51,156 bases of DNA from the NCBI GenBank assembly GCA_023271215.1, contig JALPYG010000001.1:1-51156 (forward strand). Reading direction: 5' to 3'. A program made the position numbers and the translations under genes. The notes below the pieces were generated by a model, which was not told the DNA's origin, did not search any database, and was given only the letters and a program-made list of their open reading frames with translations. This DNA is from Dehalococcoidia bacterium (lineage in GTDB: Bacteria; Chloroflexota; Dehalococcoidia; SZUA-161; SpSt-899). Below are positions 15,001-22,824 of the stretch, in pieces. Each line of letters begins with the position of its first letter. Positions within the stretch are counted from its first letter, which is position 1.

Positions 15001-17657
15001 CCAATCTTCCCAGCTTCGTCACAATCTATTACCGTGCCAAAGCCCGCAATTCCCTAGGTCGGGTATACGGTGATGAAAAGACTTTCGTAACCCAACACTA
15101 CCCCGCGGTTACCACAGGTTCTGCTCTAAACATCACAAAGAACAGCGCTGCAGGCACTGGTAGGATAGTGGACATAGGCCATTACCTCTGTGACGAGCGG
15201 GGATTTGAATGGGGTACTGAGCCCGGGGTGTATCCGAATAGTGTAACCGAGACAGGGACTTTCGGCGTGACCCCCAGGCGTGAGCATTACACCCTGGCGT
15301 TAACCAATCTCCCCAGCTTTGTTAGAATCTATTACCGCGCCAAGGCACGTAATCTTACTGGATGGGGATATGGGCAGGAGGTATCATTCATTACAGTATA
15401 CCCTCCCGTAGTTTCCACCCGGAGACCCACCTGGATACACGGAACTGTTGCTACAGGCCATGGGAATATATCGGATGTCGGTCATGAACTTGCCAGCGAG
15501 CGGGGGTTTGAGTGGGGGACTGAACCCGGTGTATACCCCAATAGTGTAACCGAGACTGGCTCTTTCGGTGTGAACGAATGGCATCAAACTTACACCTTGG
15601 TGTTAACTGGTCTTCCTGTTAACACTGTAATCTACTATCGAGCTAAGGCTCGTAACAGTGCTGGGTGGGGATATGGAAATGAGGTAGCTTTTTGGAGCAC
15701 GCGTCTCCCCGTAGTGGCAACTATTGGCCCAGCACGGACCCGTGAAGAGCGTCGATGGATGACGTGGATTGCTGCAACCAAAGCCCGTGTCTGGGGGCGA
15801 ATAGTCTATACAGGTAGTGGAAGATGGGTTGGGGGGAGGCTGGTGGATTGGGAGAAATGCACTGTGCGGGGATTCGAATGGGGCACTGAACCCGGCGTGT
15901 ATCCCAATAGTGTAATTGAAAAAGGGAATTTTGGTAGCAATAGGCGTTTCCCTTTCCGGTACGAGCTTCTGCTCACTGGTCTTCCCCCAGATACCAAAAT
16001 CTACTTCCGGGCCAAGGCTAAAAACTCAGTCGGGTGGGATTATGGTGATGAGAGAACTTTCTCCACTGCGCATGCCCCTGCAGTAGTTACTCATAGCGCT
16101 ACAGGCATCAGAGCAACCAGCTTCACCGGTCAGGGAGAGATAACCGATACCGGCAGTGATTGGGAGAGATGCAGTGAGCGGGGTTTTGAGTGGGGGTTTT
16201 CTCCTGGCGCATACGTTGACAGTTTAACCGAGACCGGCACCTTTGAAAAGGGGCCTTATTCTCGACTCTTAACCGGACTTCCTAGTAACACTACGATTTA
16301 TTACCGTGCGAGGACCCGCAACACCGTGGGGTGGGCCTACGGTAACGAAAGGTCCTTTGTCACTCTGGAATTATTCCTACCTACTGTGAAGACTGGAGTT
16401 GTTCAAGAAACAGAGACCGTATACGTTACCGACATCACTGGTACCACGGCTGTTGCCCACGGGACCATAGTAGATGACGGCAATGAATACTGTGATGAGC
16501 GAGGCTTCGATTGGGGAACCTCTCCCGGCGTGTACACGAACAGCGTAACGGAGACGGGGGTTCTCGCCTTTGGCAGCGGGCCTTACTCCCTGACTTTGAC
16601 CGGGCTTCCTGATGGTACCACCATCTTCTTCCGAGCCAAAGCGCGCAATTCCCTTGATTGGGGCTACGGCGAGGAGACGTCTTTTACTACTCCCAAGATA
16701 GTGATCCCCACAGTGAGCACAGGAGATGCCACAGACATCGATGGAACCCGTGGTCTTATTCACGGAGCAATAACTCATACAGGCTGGGAGACTTGTACTA
16801 AGCGAGGTTTTGATTGGGGATTCTCTCCCGGTGTCTACCCTAACAGTGAGATTGAGACTGGGGCTTTTGGAACAGGGGCTTTCATGGCATGGTTAACAGG
16901 GCTTCCCTATAATACCGCAGTCTATTATCGCGCCAAGGCACGTAACTCCATCGGATGGGGTTACGGTTCTGAGAAAACCTTTAATACCGCACACGTCCCT
17001 ACAGTAACAACCCAGGATGCCACAGACGTCACGCGAAACAGTGCCACTGGCCACGGAAACATAACCGATGTGGGCAGGATGACCTGCGACCGACGTGGTT
17101 TCGATTGGGGACTGCACTCTGGTTTGTATATAAAGCGTACACTCAGCCTGGGGACCTTCGACGTAGGGGCCTATACCCGTACATTGCACGACCTCCCTAC
17201 TGGTGCTAGGATCTATTATCGGGCCATAGCTCGCAATCCTGTAGGGTGGAGTTATGGTAATGAATTGTTCTTCTTCACCCTGGGATTAGAACCCCCCACG
17301 GTAATTACCAAGAAGGCTGTAGACATCACCACAAACAGCGCTCTAGCCTTTGGAGAGGTAGTTGACACCGGTGGAGAGGATTGTGATAAGTGGGGCTTTG
17401 AGTGGGGAACCACCCCTGGCTTGTATCCCAACAGTGTAACCGAGACAGGGATTTTTAAGGGAGGAATCTTTTTGAAGGCTTTAACAGGGCTTCCTGATAA
17501 TACTACGATTTATTTCCGTGCCAAGGCTCGTAACCCTGCCGCAAACCCTACCGGATGGGGTTATGGGAGTGAGTTAAGTTTTACTACTCTGTCTGCGGCC
17601 GCACCCTTGGTCGGCGGCCTCCCGGCTGTCAGGGCGGCGGAGATGATCCTGGTATGA
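12054..17657 (+). CDS. giant surface/fibre protein: N-terminal propeller-like repeats plus 16 FN3/Ig-like ~95-aa repeats
   Basis: Five GIGGDxxxIWH-type ~45-aa repeats sit in the first ~210 aa. They are followed by 16 units that each end in (I/V)YYRAKARNxxGWGYG..F.T. Confidence 0.85.
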   Translation: MSFGSVIRSAGAPYPHHSGVGIGGDANRIWHIQYNAHMRVCRVYELSTVDFSVLQAANYDGLWAVGGIGGDASRVWAGAWRRGSRHLRVMELSASTLGHIRAAYGWRNLSSRGIGGDANVIWHIWQNMVGGGFYLAERSVDNLSVIRSVGCPWWTAVGGNTKVIWAGALHELSTVDFSTIRAAGSPGGSGVGGDEKTIWSCSGSQVFEINAAVLLEPIVTTNPATEIRRTSARAHGEITDVGAEMANERGFEWGTTPGLYPNSVTETGTFGVGPYSLTLTGLPSIVTIYYRAKARNPVDWGYGDELTFFTVDPPAVTTRSIADLTPTSATGRGFITDTGGINCDERGFDWGISPGVYINTVTEAGSFEAGAYSLSLIGLPVDTIIYYRARAHNPSGWSYGNEVSFTTGLVEVPTVETLEVTDITHVSAVASGKILSTGGEDCEEYGFEWGVSPNLTDSMTGIGAWKELTFSEVLRDLLPGTTYVFRAKARNSAGWGFGPLLSFTTIGRPAVLTRAVTGITPTSARIHAFIADTGGPGWRVLERGFEWGFSPGVYIDSLTEEGTFGAGRYSLSLTGLPSFVTVYVRAKVRNVVGWAYGGTIQFITVHVPVLSTLPPTQVGPTSAIARGRIIDIGYDSPTERGFDWGTEPGALINSVTETGSFGAGPFSLPLTGLPEDSWIYYRAKAKNAAGWGYGGVAPPEPGEEPPPGEAGDVESFHTAILPTVVTHPASEIAGTTAMGNGAITHSGFVYCTEWGFEWGIEPEVYPNSVTATGDFEVGLFSRFLTGLPDDTTIYYRAKAHNSAGWGYGSEEFFVTEKIVPPEVNTYDAVDIRAFTVIGRGEITHWGWETCTERGFEWGTSPGVYPNIVTDSGSFEEGGYSRIITGLPTDTTIYYRARARNSAGLGYGMERTFKTRLLILPSVMTYDATHVTEVEAMGQGFIIDDGGEDCVERGFEWGESSGVYPNDVTQTGAFRTGHYSLLLANLPSFVTIYYRAKARNSLGRVYGDEKTFVTQHYPAVTTGSALNITKNSAAGTGRIVDIGHYLCDERGFEWGTEPGVYPNSVTETGTFGVTPRREHYTLALTNLPSFVRIYYRAKARNLTGWGYGQEVSFITVYPPVVSTRRPTWIHGTVATGHGNISDVGHELASERGFEWGTEPGVYPNSVTETGSFGVNEWHQTYTLVLTGLPVNTVIYYRAKARNSAGWGYGNEVAFWSTRLPVVATIGPARTREERRWMTWIAATKARVWGRIVYTGSGRWVGGRLVDWEKCTVRGFEWGTEPGVYPNSVIEKGNFGSNRRFPFRYELLLTGLPPDTKIYFRAKAKNSVGWDYGDERTFSTAHAPAVVTHSATGIRATSFTGQGEITDTGSDWERCSERGFEWGFSPGAYVDSLTETGTFEKGPYSRLLTGLPSNTTIYYRARTRNTVGWAYGNERSFVTLELFLPTVKTGVVQETETVYVTDITGTTAVAHGTIVDDGNEYCDERGFDWGTSPGVYTNSVTETGVLAFGSGPYSLTLTGLPDGTTIFFRAKARNSLDWGYGEETSFTTPKIVIPTVSTGDATDIDGTRGLIHGAITHTGWETCTKRGFDWGFSPGVYPNSEIETGAFGTGAFMAWLTGLPYNTAVYYRAKARNSIGWGYGSEKTFNTAHVPTVTTQDATDVTRNSATGHGNITDVGRMTCDRRGFDWGLHSGLYIKRTLSLGTFDVGAYTRTLHDLPTGARIYYRAIARNPVGWSYGNELFFFTLGLEPPTVITKKAVDITTNSALAFGEVVDTGGEDCDKWGFEWGTTPGLYPNSVTETGIFKGGIFLKALTGLPDNTTIYFRAKARNPAANPTGWGYGSELSFTTLSAAAPLVGGLPAVRAAEMILV

Positions 17658-17673
17658 GGTAACAGGAGGTGCG

Positions 17674-18948
17674 ATGAGATATTCGGTGATTTCCAAAGGA
17701 CTGTCTCTATCCCAGATGGAAACAGAGGTTCTGAAGGCCGGCGGCAAAAGTGTAAAGAAGGCGGCCCTTGTGGACGAACTCTTCTGTGAGCTGGACGAAC
17801 CATCCGCCGAGAAGCTGTCTACTATTCCAGGGCTGAAGGTAAGGCCGGTGAGGGTTATAACACCGACCTCACTGATAGCGGACCCGGTATTACCCGTGGG
17901 GATGCCGGCGGCGCAGCAGATAATGACCGTCTCCGATGTTTTCCAGACGATGCGCTCTTACTTTATGCCACCGCTCAGCGGCATGGGACTCACCGTGGCT
18001 GTGCTCGACAGCGGAATAAGAAAGACGCATGAATCCCTCAAAAGGAAAATCGTCTATGAATTCAACGCTACTGAAGCCCCAGGCCACGACGATATCTACG
18101 GACACGGCACCGGGGTCGCTTACCTCATCGCCGGCGGCACGGGTGGGGTCAATGGGAGGGGCGGCGTCTCCCCCGGCGCTTCGATAATAAACATCAAGGT
18201 GCTCGATGATGAGGGAATTGGCACCGAGGAGACGGTGGTTATGGGGATTGATAAGGTGTGCCAACTGGCCCAAGATGCCCGCGAGGCCGGCCGGTGGCCC
18301 ACCGACGAGATGTATCCTAACATAATCAATGTCAGTATCGGAGCGGAGGACACCGGTGAAGTGGACGACCCAATGCGAATCGCCTGCCGGAAGGCCATCG
18401 AGGATTACGGCATCGATGTAATCGCCGCTGCAGGGAATGCCGGGCCGAGGAGGACTACAATGATGTTACCCGCCGCTGAGCCGGAAGTAATCGCCGTTGG
18501 GGGCGTCATAACCGGAGATCTCCAGATATGGGAGAGATCATCGAGAGGTCCCACGGTGCTGGGGGATACCAAGCCCGACTTCGTCTTCTGGGCGACTTCG
18601 CTGGAGGTTGCAAGTCACAGGGGCGACGACCGGTACGATGAGAAGTCAGGGACTAGCTTTGCCGCACCGATGGTCTCCGGACTGGCAGGACTCCTCTGGG
18701 AGACCGGCAGAAGAAGCTACGGGGAGGCCTGGACTTTCCGGTGGACGAGGGCCAGGGAGTTTGCCCCATTCTTCAGTATTAAACCAGCCGATGCCCCGAT
18801 GATGAAGGGCAACACTTACGGCTACGGCATGCCGGCTATGGGAACGATGGTGGGGATGATCGACAGACCTGAGCCAGTGTTTGATGTAACAAGGATGCTC
18901 CCCATGATCATGATGATGGGAATGATAGGGGTAATCGGTCGAAGATGA
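17674..18948 (+). CDS. subtilisin-like (S8) serine protease with Met-rich C-terminal anchor
   Basis: Catalytic-triad contexts VAVLDSGI, GHGTGVA and SGTSFAAPMVSG. C-terminus VTRMLPMIMMMGMIGVIGRR. Confidence 0.85.
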   Translation: MRYSVISKGLSLSQMETEVLKAGGKSVKKAALVDELFCELDEPSAEKLSTIPGLKVRPVRVITPTSLIADPVLPVGMPAAQQIMTVSDVFQTMRSYFMPPLSGMGLTVAVLDSGIRKTHESLKRKIVYEFNATEAPGHDDIYGHGTGVAYLIAGGTGGVNGRGGVSPGASIINIKVLDDEGIGTEETVVMGIDKVCQLAQDAREAGRWPTDEMYPNIINVSIGAEDTGEVDDPMRIACRKAIEDYGIDVIAAAGNAGPRRTTMMLPAAEPEVIAVGGVITGDLQIWERSSRGPTVLGDTKPDFVFWATSLEVASHRGDDRYDEKSGTSFAAPMVSGLAGLLWETGRRSYGEAWTFRWTRAREFAPFFSIKPADAPMMKGNTYGYGMPAMGTMVGMIDRPEPVFDVTRMLPMIMMMGMIGVIGRR

Positions 18949-19373
18949 TGAGGAAGAAACCCATGACTTCAACATTGGCAATCCCACAGTTACAGGTGCT
19001 TGGTGAGGTCACCGGTAACATACTCATCACGGTGCCGATAACGAACAAGGGCCGTGCCTGTGATGCGGTGGTGAATCTCTACATCTTTGAGGGGTCCTGG
19101 CTGCCTGGGGCTGGTGATCTCCTGGCAAGTTACTCACAGACTGTTTCGTTCCTTGAAGGGGAACAGAAGGGGGTGGTGTTCGCTCATACAGTGATACAGA
19201 CCGACGCGAGCCGCCGGGACGTTGGCGTTGAGGTGGTGGTCGGCGACTCGGTTAAGGCCTCTGCCCAATTTGATGATGTTTATCATGTGCCTACTGGGCC
19301 GGGGTTGATCGATAACATGATGATGATTATGATGATGGCGGTTATGATGACGGTAGTTCAAATAGGTGAATAA
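18945..19373 (+). CDS. CARDB/Ig-like beta-sandwich protein with Met-rich C-terminal anchor
   Basis: ATGA overlap with the protease stop. VPITNKGRACDAVVNLYIFEG... is paralogous to 19527..20039. Tail LIDNMMMIMMMAVMMTVVQIGE. Confidence 0.65.
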   Translation: MMRKKPMTSTLAIPQLQVLGEVTGNILITVPITNKGRACDAVVNLYIFEGSWLPGAGDLLASYSQTVSFLEGEQKGVVFAHTVIQTDASRRDVGVEVVVGDSVKASAQFDDVYHVPTGPGLIDNMMMIMMMAVMMTVVQIGE

Positions 19374-19529
19374 ACAAATGGAGGTAAAAAATGAGTGGGG
19401 TAGTGGCTCCTGCACTCGTCCTACCCTGGACGAGAATAAGAACAAATGGAGGTAAAAAATGAGTGGGGTAGTGGCTCCTGCACTCGTCCTAGTCTGGACG
19501 AGAATAAGAACAAATGGAGGTGAAAAATG
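19374..19529 (+). repeat. 68-bp tandem direct repeat, 2.3 copies, each carrying SD+ATG
   Basis: Copies at 19374-19441 and 19442-19509 differ at only 2 positions. A partial third copy provides the SD and ATG of 19527..20039. Confidence 0.9.
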
Positions 19530-20039
19530 AATACACTAGTGCCACAGCAGGTCTGGATTCCAGCACCCCCTCCGGTCCGACTCCCTCCCCCGGATGTCTG
19601 GATTCCTGTGATTCCTGAACGCCCCCGGATTCAGGCATGGACACCGCTCGGCTGGGTCCCACTGGCAACGGGGCCGACGTTTCCTCCCGGGACAAGAATC
19701 AAGATAGAGGTCCCTATAACCAACAACAGCAACGAGAGTTTCAGCACTCGTATAAGGGTGGGGATCTTCGAGGGGAGTATACTCCCGGGGCGCGGGGACC
19801 GTATAGCAACGATCGACTCATCGTGGCAGACGCTAACTGTCGGGCAAACGCGGGACTTTTCCGTGACACACACTACCAGACTGAGAGAAGGTGTAGAGCG
19901 CCGGGACGTCAATATAGAGGTGCAGTACCTGGATGCCGGCAGGGTGACCTCGGGTGGAGAACGGGAGTGGGATGATCTCTTCTGGGTCGAGGAAAAGATC
20001 GAGTTTGTGATAGGTGAACCAACAGTCACGGCGGCGTAA
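19527..20039 (+). CDS. CARDB/Ig-like beta-sandwich protein
   Basis: VPITNNSNESFSTRIRVGIFEGSILPG... aligns with 18945..19373. It has a Pro-rich N-terminus. Confidence 0.65.
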   Translation: MNTLVPQQVWIPAPPPVRLPPPDVWIPVIPERPRIQAWTPLGWVPLATGPTFPPGTRIKIEVPITNNSNESFSTRIRVGIFEGSILPGRGDRIATIDSSWQTLTVGQTRDFSVTHTTRLREGVERRDVNIEVQYLDAGRVTSGGEREWDDLFWVEEKIEFVIGEPTVTAA

Positions 20040-20180
20040 AAGACAGCCCGGATGGGTAATGCAGAACAGAACATTCCCGATTGGGGCGCATCTGCTCGGT
20101 CCGCAGAGTCCGCAGGGCGCTGACTGACTCGTGACAGCAGTGGCCTCAATCGGGGACAATAGCCTTGAGGGGGAAGAGTC

Positions 20181-20558
20181 ATGAGTGATGAGCTTCGCAT
20201 CGAAGGGCAGGGGGGGTCGCCTCCTCCGGAGGGGGACATAGGGACACTGCTGGCAAAACTTGAAGAGGCCTTCAGTCCCAGGATCAGCCACGGGAAGGCC
20301 ACCGGCACACTGGTGGTGGCTCTTGATCTTAGAGGCCTTGCTGGAAGGACAGACCTAGAGGTCTGGCTCAAGAGCTCCGGGGCAGCTGACTTTTTCTTGG
20401 AGGGCTCGGTGGACGGTAAAAACTGGAGGTCCATTGAGATAATCTCGCTTACCGCAGCGGGGGAGAGGCACGAGGGCTACCGGAACGCTTATCCCGTGGT
20501 GAGGGTGTGGACCACGGCGGGGAACGAGAATGAGATTGAACTCTGTGCTTCGAGGTGA
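20181..20558 (+). CDS. discoidin/galactose-binding-like jelly-roll protein
   Basis: GAADFFLEGSVDGKNWRS...GYRNAYPVVRV is paralogous to 20657..21160. Confidence 0.55.
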   Translation: MSDELRIEGQGGSPPPEGDIGTLLAKLEEAFSPRISHGKATGTLVVALDLRGLAGRTDLEVWLKSSGAADFFLEGSVDGKNWRSIEIISLTAAGERHEGYRNAYPVVRVWTTAGNENEIELCASR

Positions 20559-20656
20559 AAAATGTCCTACAGATGGAGGAGGTGAGAGCTATGACGGATA
20601 CGTGGACGAGATAGAGATTGTTACTGCAGGACGAAAACAAGAAGGAGGAACAAAAA

Positions 20657-21160
20657 ATGCCATTCAGAATTTCCCTGACGCCTGCTGACATTACGGATGT
20701 GTTGATCGCCCTGGGTTACACGAGCGACAGAGCGGTCAAACTAGACATGCTTGATGCCAGTGTTGCCAGTAGGGCCCCGAGTGGTGAGGTTGATGCGACA
20801 CTAACCACCCGCGGGTTGAGTGAAACTGGGTTGGCCAAGCTGGACAACATCTCAGCACAGGTAAGAGCTGTAGGCGACGTTGCCGCTGCCGCTAACAATG
20901 CCGGACTTACCGTGTCGCTGGACACGGACTTCAGAACGGTGGTTGAAGTCAAGTATAGCTGTGGAGCTGCTGCTGACTTCGTTCTTGAAGCCTCCGATGA
21001 TGGCAACACTTGGTTTACAGCAGATACCTTTAGCGAGCCTGCTGCCGTGGCCGTCGGTTCCGAGAGGGTTAGGGGCTACAACTCAGCGCGAAGGCACGTT
21101 AGGTTGACCTCGCCAACTACTGGTATCGACCTTGCGTTTGAGCTGGTAGCAGTGTTATAG
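20657..21160 (+). CDS. discoidin/galactose-binding-like jelly-roll protein
   Basis: ATG 20657 follows GAAGGAGG. Motif AAADFVLEASDDGNTWFT...GYNSARRHVRL. Confidence 0.6.
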   Translation: MPFRISLTPADITDVLIALGYTSDRAVKLDMLDASVASRAPSGEVDATLTTRGLSETGLAKLDNISAQVRAVGDVAAAANNAGLTVSLDTDFRTVVEVKYSCGAAADFVLEASDDGNTWFTADTFSEPAAVAVGSERVRGYNSARRHVRLTSPTTGIDLAFELVAVL

Positions 21161-21241
21161 CCAAAAGGCGGGGTGCTTCCAGAAAGGAGGCACCCCGCGA
21201 GGAAGGAAGAGAAACACTACTCGGAGGGCAGGAGTGGATCG

Positions 21242-21451
21242 ATGGCAGAGACTAAGATCAAGTGGCTCGAAGTCATCGACGATATGGAGGCTGAGATACT
21301 GCTCACCACCATCGATGCTGCCCAACGCCTGTGGGAGGATGAGCCTCCTGTGAAGTGGTGGCACTTAGGGTTCACTAAGGAGGATCTACAAGAACTCAGG
21401 ACCAAGCTGGTGGAGTTCCGGCTGCGTGTGCGCGGAGTTGATCGGAGGTGA
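21242..21451 (+). CDS. hypothetical small protein
   Basis: ATG 21242 follows a GGAGGGCAGGAG stretch. Confidence 0.45.
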   Translation: MAETKIKWLEVIDDMEAEILLTTIDAAQRLWEDEPPVKWWHLGFTKEDLQELRTKLVEFRLRVRGVDRR

Positions 21452-21454
21452 ACG

Positions 21455-21751
21455 ATGATTTGGATTGCTTTGGCGGCATTTCTCGGCGGGATAGCAACAG
21501 CTACTCTTGGGTGGCTGGGAAGCAACGAGAGCTTCAATACTAGGAAATTCTCATCTAGTGCCATAAGGGCATTCACCGCCGCTCTCGTGTTCGCTATCGG
21601 CCATGAGGCACTCTATGGAATTGGCGTAATTGGTGTGGCTATTGCCTTCTTAGCCGGCGCCGGTGTCGAGGTCGGGGGGCACCGACTGGCAGGAGCCTTG
21701 AAGAAGGGAAAAGATGGAACCAAAATACGAAATCACAATTGCCAAGTGTAG
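21455..21751 (+). CDS. small multi-pass membrane protein (holin-like by size and topology only)
   Basis: Three hydrophobic segments and a basic C-terminal tail. Confidence 0.5.
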   Translation: MIWIALAAFLGGIATATLGWLGSNESFNTRKFSSSAIRAFTAALVFAIGHEALYGIGVIGVAIAFLAGAGVEVGGHRLAGALKKGKDGTKIRNHNCQV

Positions 21752-21875
21752 CCTCTGTAGCGAAACAAAAAAGGCAGCCGTCTTTCAAATGAGATGGTGG
21801 GTGTTCACCGTCAGTAGGGCCATCTGCCAGACCTGCATTTCAAAGATGTTCCAGGGATTCCGGAGGGAGAAATGA
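21714..21875 (+). CDS. small CxxC...CxxC zinc-ribbon protein (family member 3 of 3)
   Basis: Below the track cut-off. CSLCSETKKAAVFQMRWWVFTVSRAICQTCISKM has the same Cys spacing as 492..689 and 3921..4118. Its stop overlaps ATG 21872. Confidence 0.5.
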   Translation: MEPKYEITIAKCSLCSETKKAAVFQMRWWVFTVSRAICQTCISKMFQGFRREK

Positions 21876-22138
21876 CTGAGTTATCCATCATACTGGGGTC
21901 CGGTCTGGTAGTAGCCTTTATCGGGGCGGTCTACGCCTATGGCAAACTGACCCAGAAGATCGAACACATAGGTACAACAACCGATAAGCTAACCCTAAAG
22001 TTCGATAACCACTTGAAGCACGAAACCAACGTGGTGCAAACAGATCTATCCAATCTCAAGACCGAGATCGCCCTATTAAACGCGCAGATGGAAAACCTCA
22101 CTAAAGTGATTGAGTTGATCCGGAAAGACAGATCATGA
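21872..22138 (+). CDS. N-terminally anchored coiled-coil protein
   Basis: LSIILGSGLVVAFIGAVYAY is followed by a heptad-rich segment. Confidence 0.5.
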   Translation: MTELSIILGSGLVVAFIGAVYAYGKLTQKIEHIGTTTDKLTLKFDNHLKHETNVVQTDLSNLKTEIALLNAQMENLTKVIELIRKDRS

Positions 22139-22812
22139 AAACGTATCTTGAACCCTTTGAAATAGACCTCCTGGAAAAGGCTGCCACCTGTGTCAGGGAC
22201 CAGTTGTTGATCAGACTTCTAGCCAGATTAGGCTGTCGCATCAGTGAGGCCCTGGCCCTGGAGGTAAAGGACATAGATTTTACTCGCGGCCAAGTGAGGA
22301 TCGAGCACCTCAAGAGCTGCCCTCTTCTTCTCTGCCCTCACTGTGACGGTCGCCTGGGGAAGAGTCATGCCTTCTGCCCCAAGTGCGGGGCGAAGGTGGA
22401 GCAGGCGGTTATCAGAGTCAAGGAGCACATCAGGGTGCGTACCCTTCCCATAGACGGCAGTACCTTGAACATGTTGCGCGACTACATCGACCGTGGTGGG
22501 GCGATTCCTAAAAACGGTAAGGTACCTATTTTTGGAATTACCCGTACCCACGGATGGAAGATTGTCAAGGAGTGCGCCGAGAGAGCCGGATTAGGAAAAT
22601 TGATTAACCCTGAAACAGACAGGGAGCACAATATCTCGCCTCACCGGCTGAGGGATGCCTTTGCGATCAAGGCAATCAAGGTGGATGACTCAGGCGATGG
22701 ACTGCGTCTCCTACAGGAACACCTTGGGCACGCCAGCTTTAATACGACCGCCAAATATCGCAAGATTAGCGGTCAGGAAAGTAGAGAGTGGTACGACAAA
22801 CTGTGGAATTAA
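22135..22812 (+). CDS. minimal tyrosine recombinase (catalytic domain only) with zinc-ribbon insertion
   Basis: Catalytic contexts LGCRISEAL (Arg I), HRLRDAF (H-x-x-R) and LGHASFNTTAKY (His plus Tyr). Insert CPHCDGRLGKSHAFCPKCG. There is no N-terminal arm- or core-binding domain. Confidence 0.85.
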   Translation: MKTYLEPFEIDLLEKAATCVRDQLLIRLLARLGCRISEALALEVKDIDFTRGQVRIEHLKSCPLLLCPHCDGRLGKSHAFCPKCGAKVEQAVIRVKEHIRVRTLPIDGSTLNMLRDYIDRGGAIPKNGKVPIFGITRTHGWKIVKECAERAGLGKLINPETDREHNISPHRLRDAFAIKAIKVDDSGDGLRLLQEHLGHASFNTTAKYRKISGQESREWYDKLWN

Positions 22813-22824
22813 CGGAGGTGAAAC

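Noticed and set aside
19631-20434. 267-aa minus-strand ORF (and 19833..20291)
   Set aside because: It overlaps two plus-strand genes that have SDs and paralogue support. It is Ser/Pro/Arg-rich, which is typical of an antisense frame in GC-rich coding DNA.
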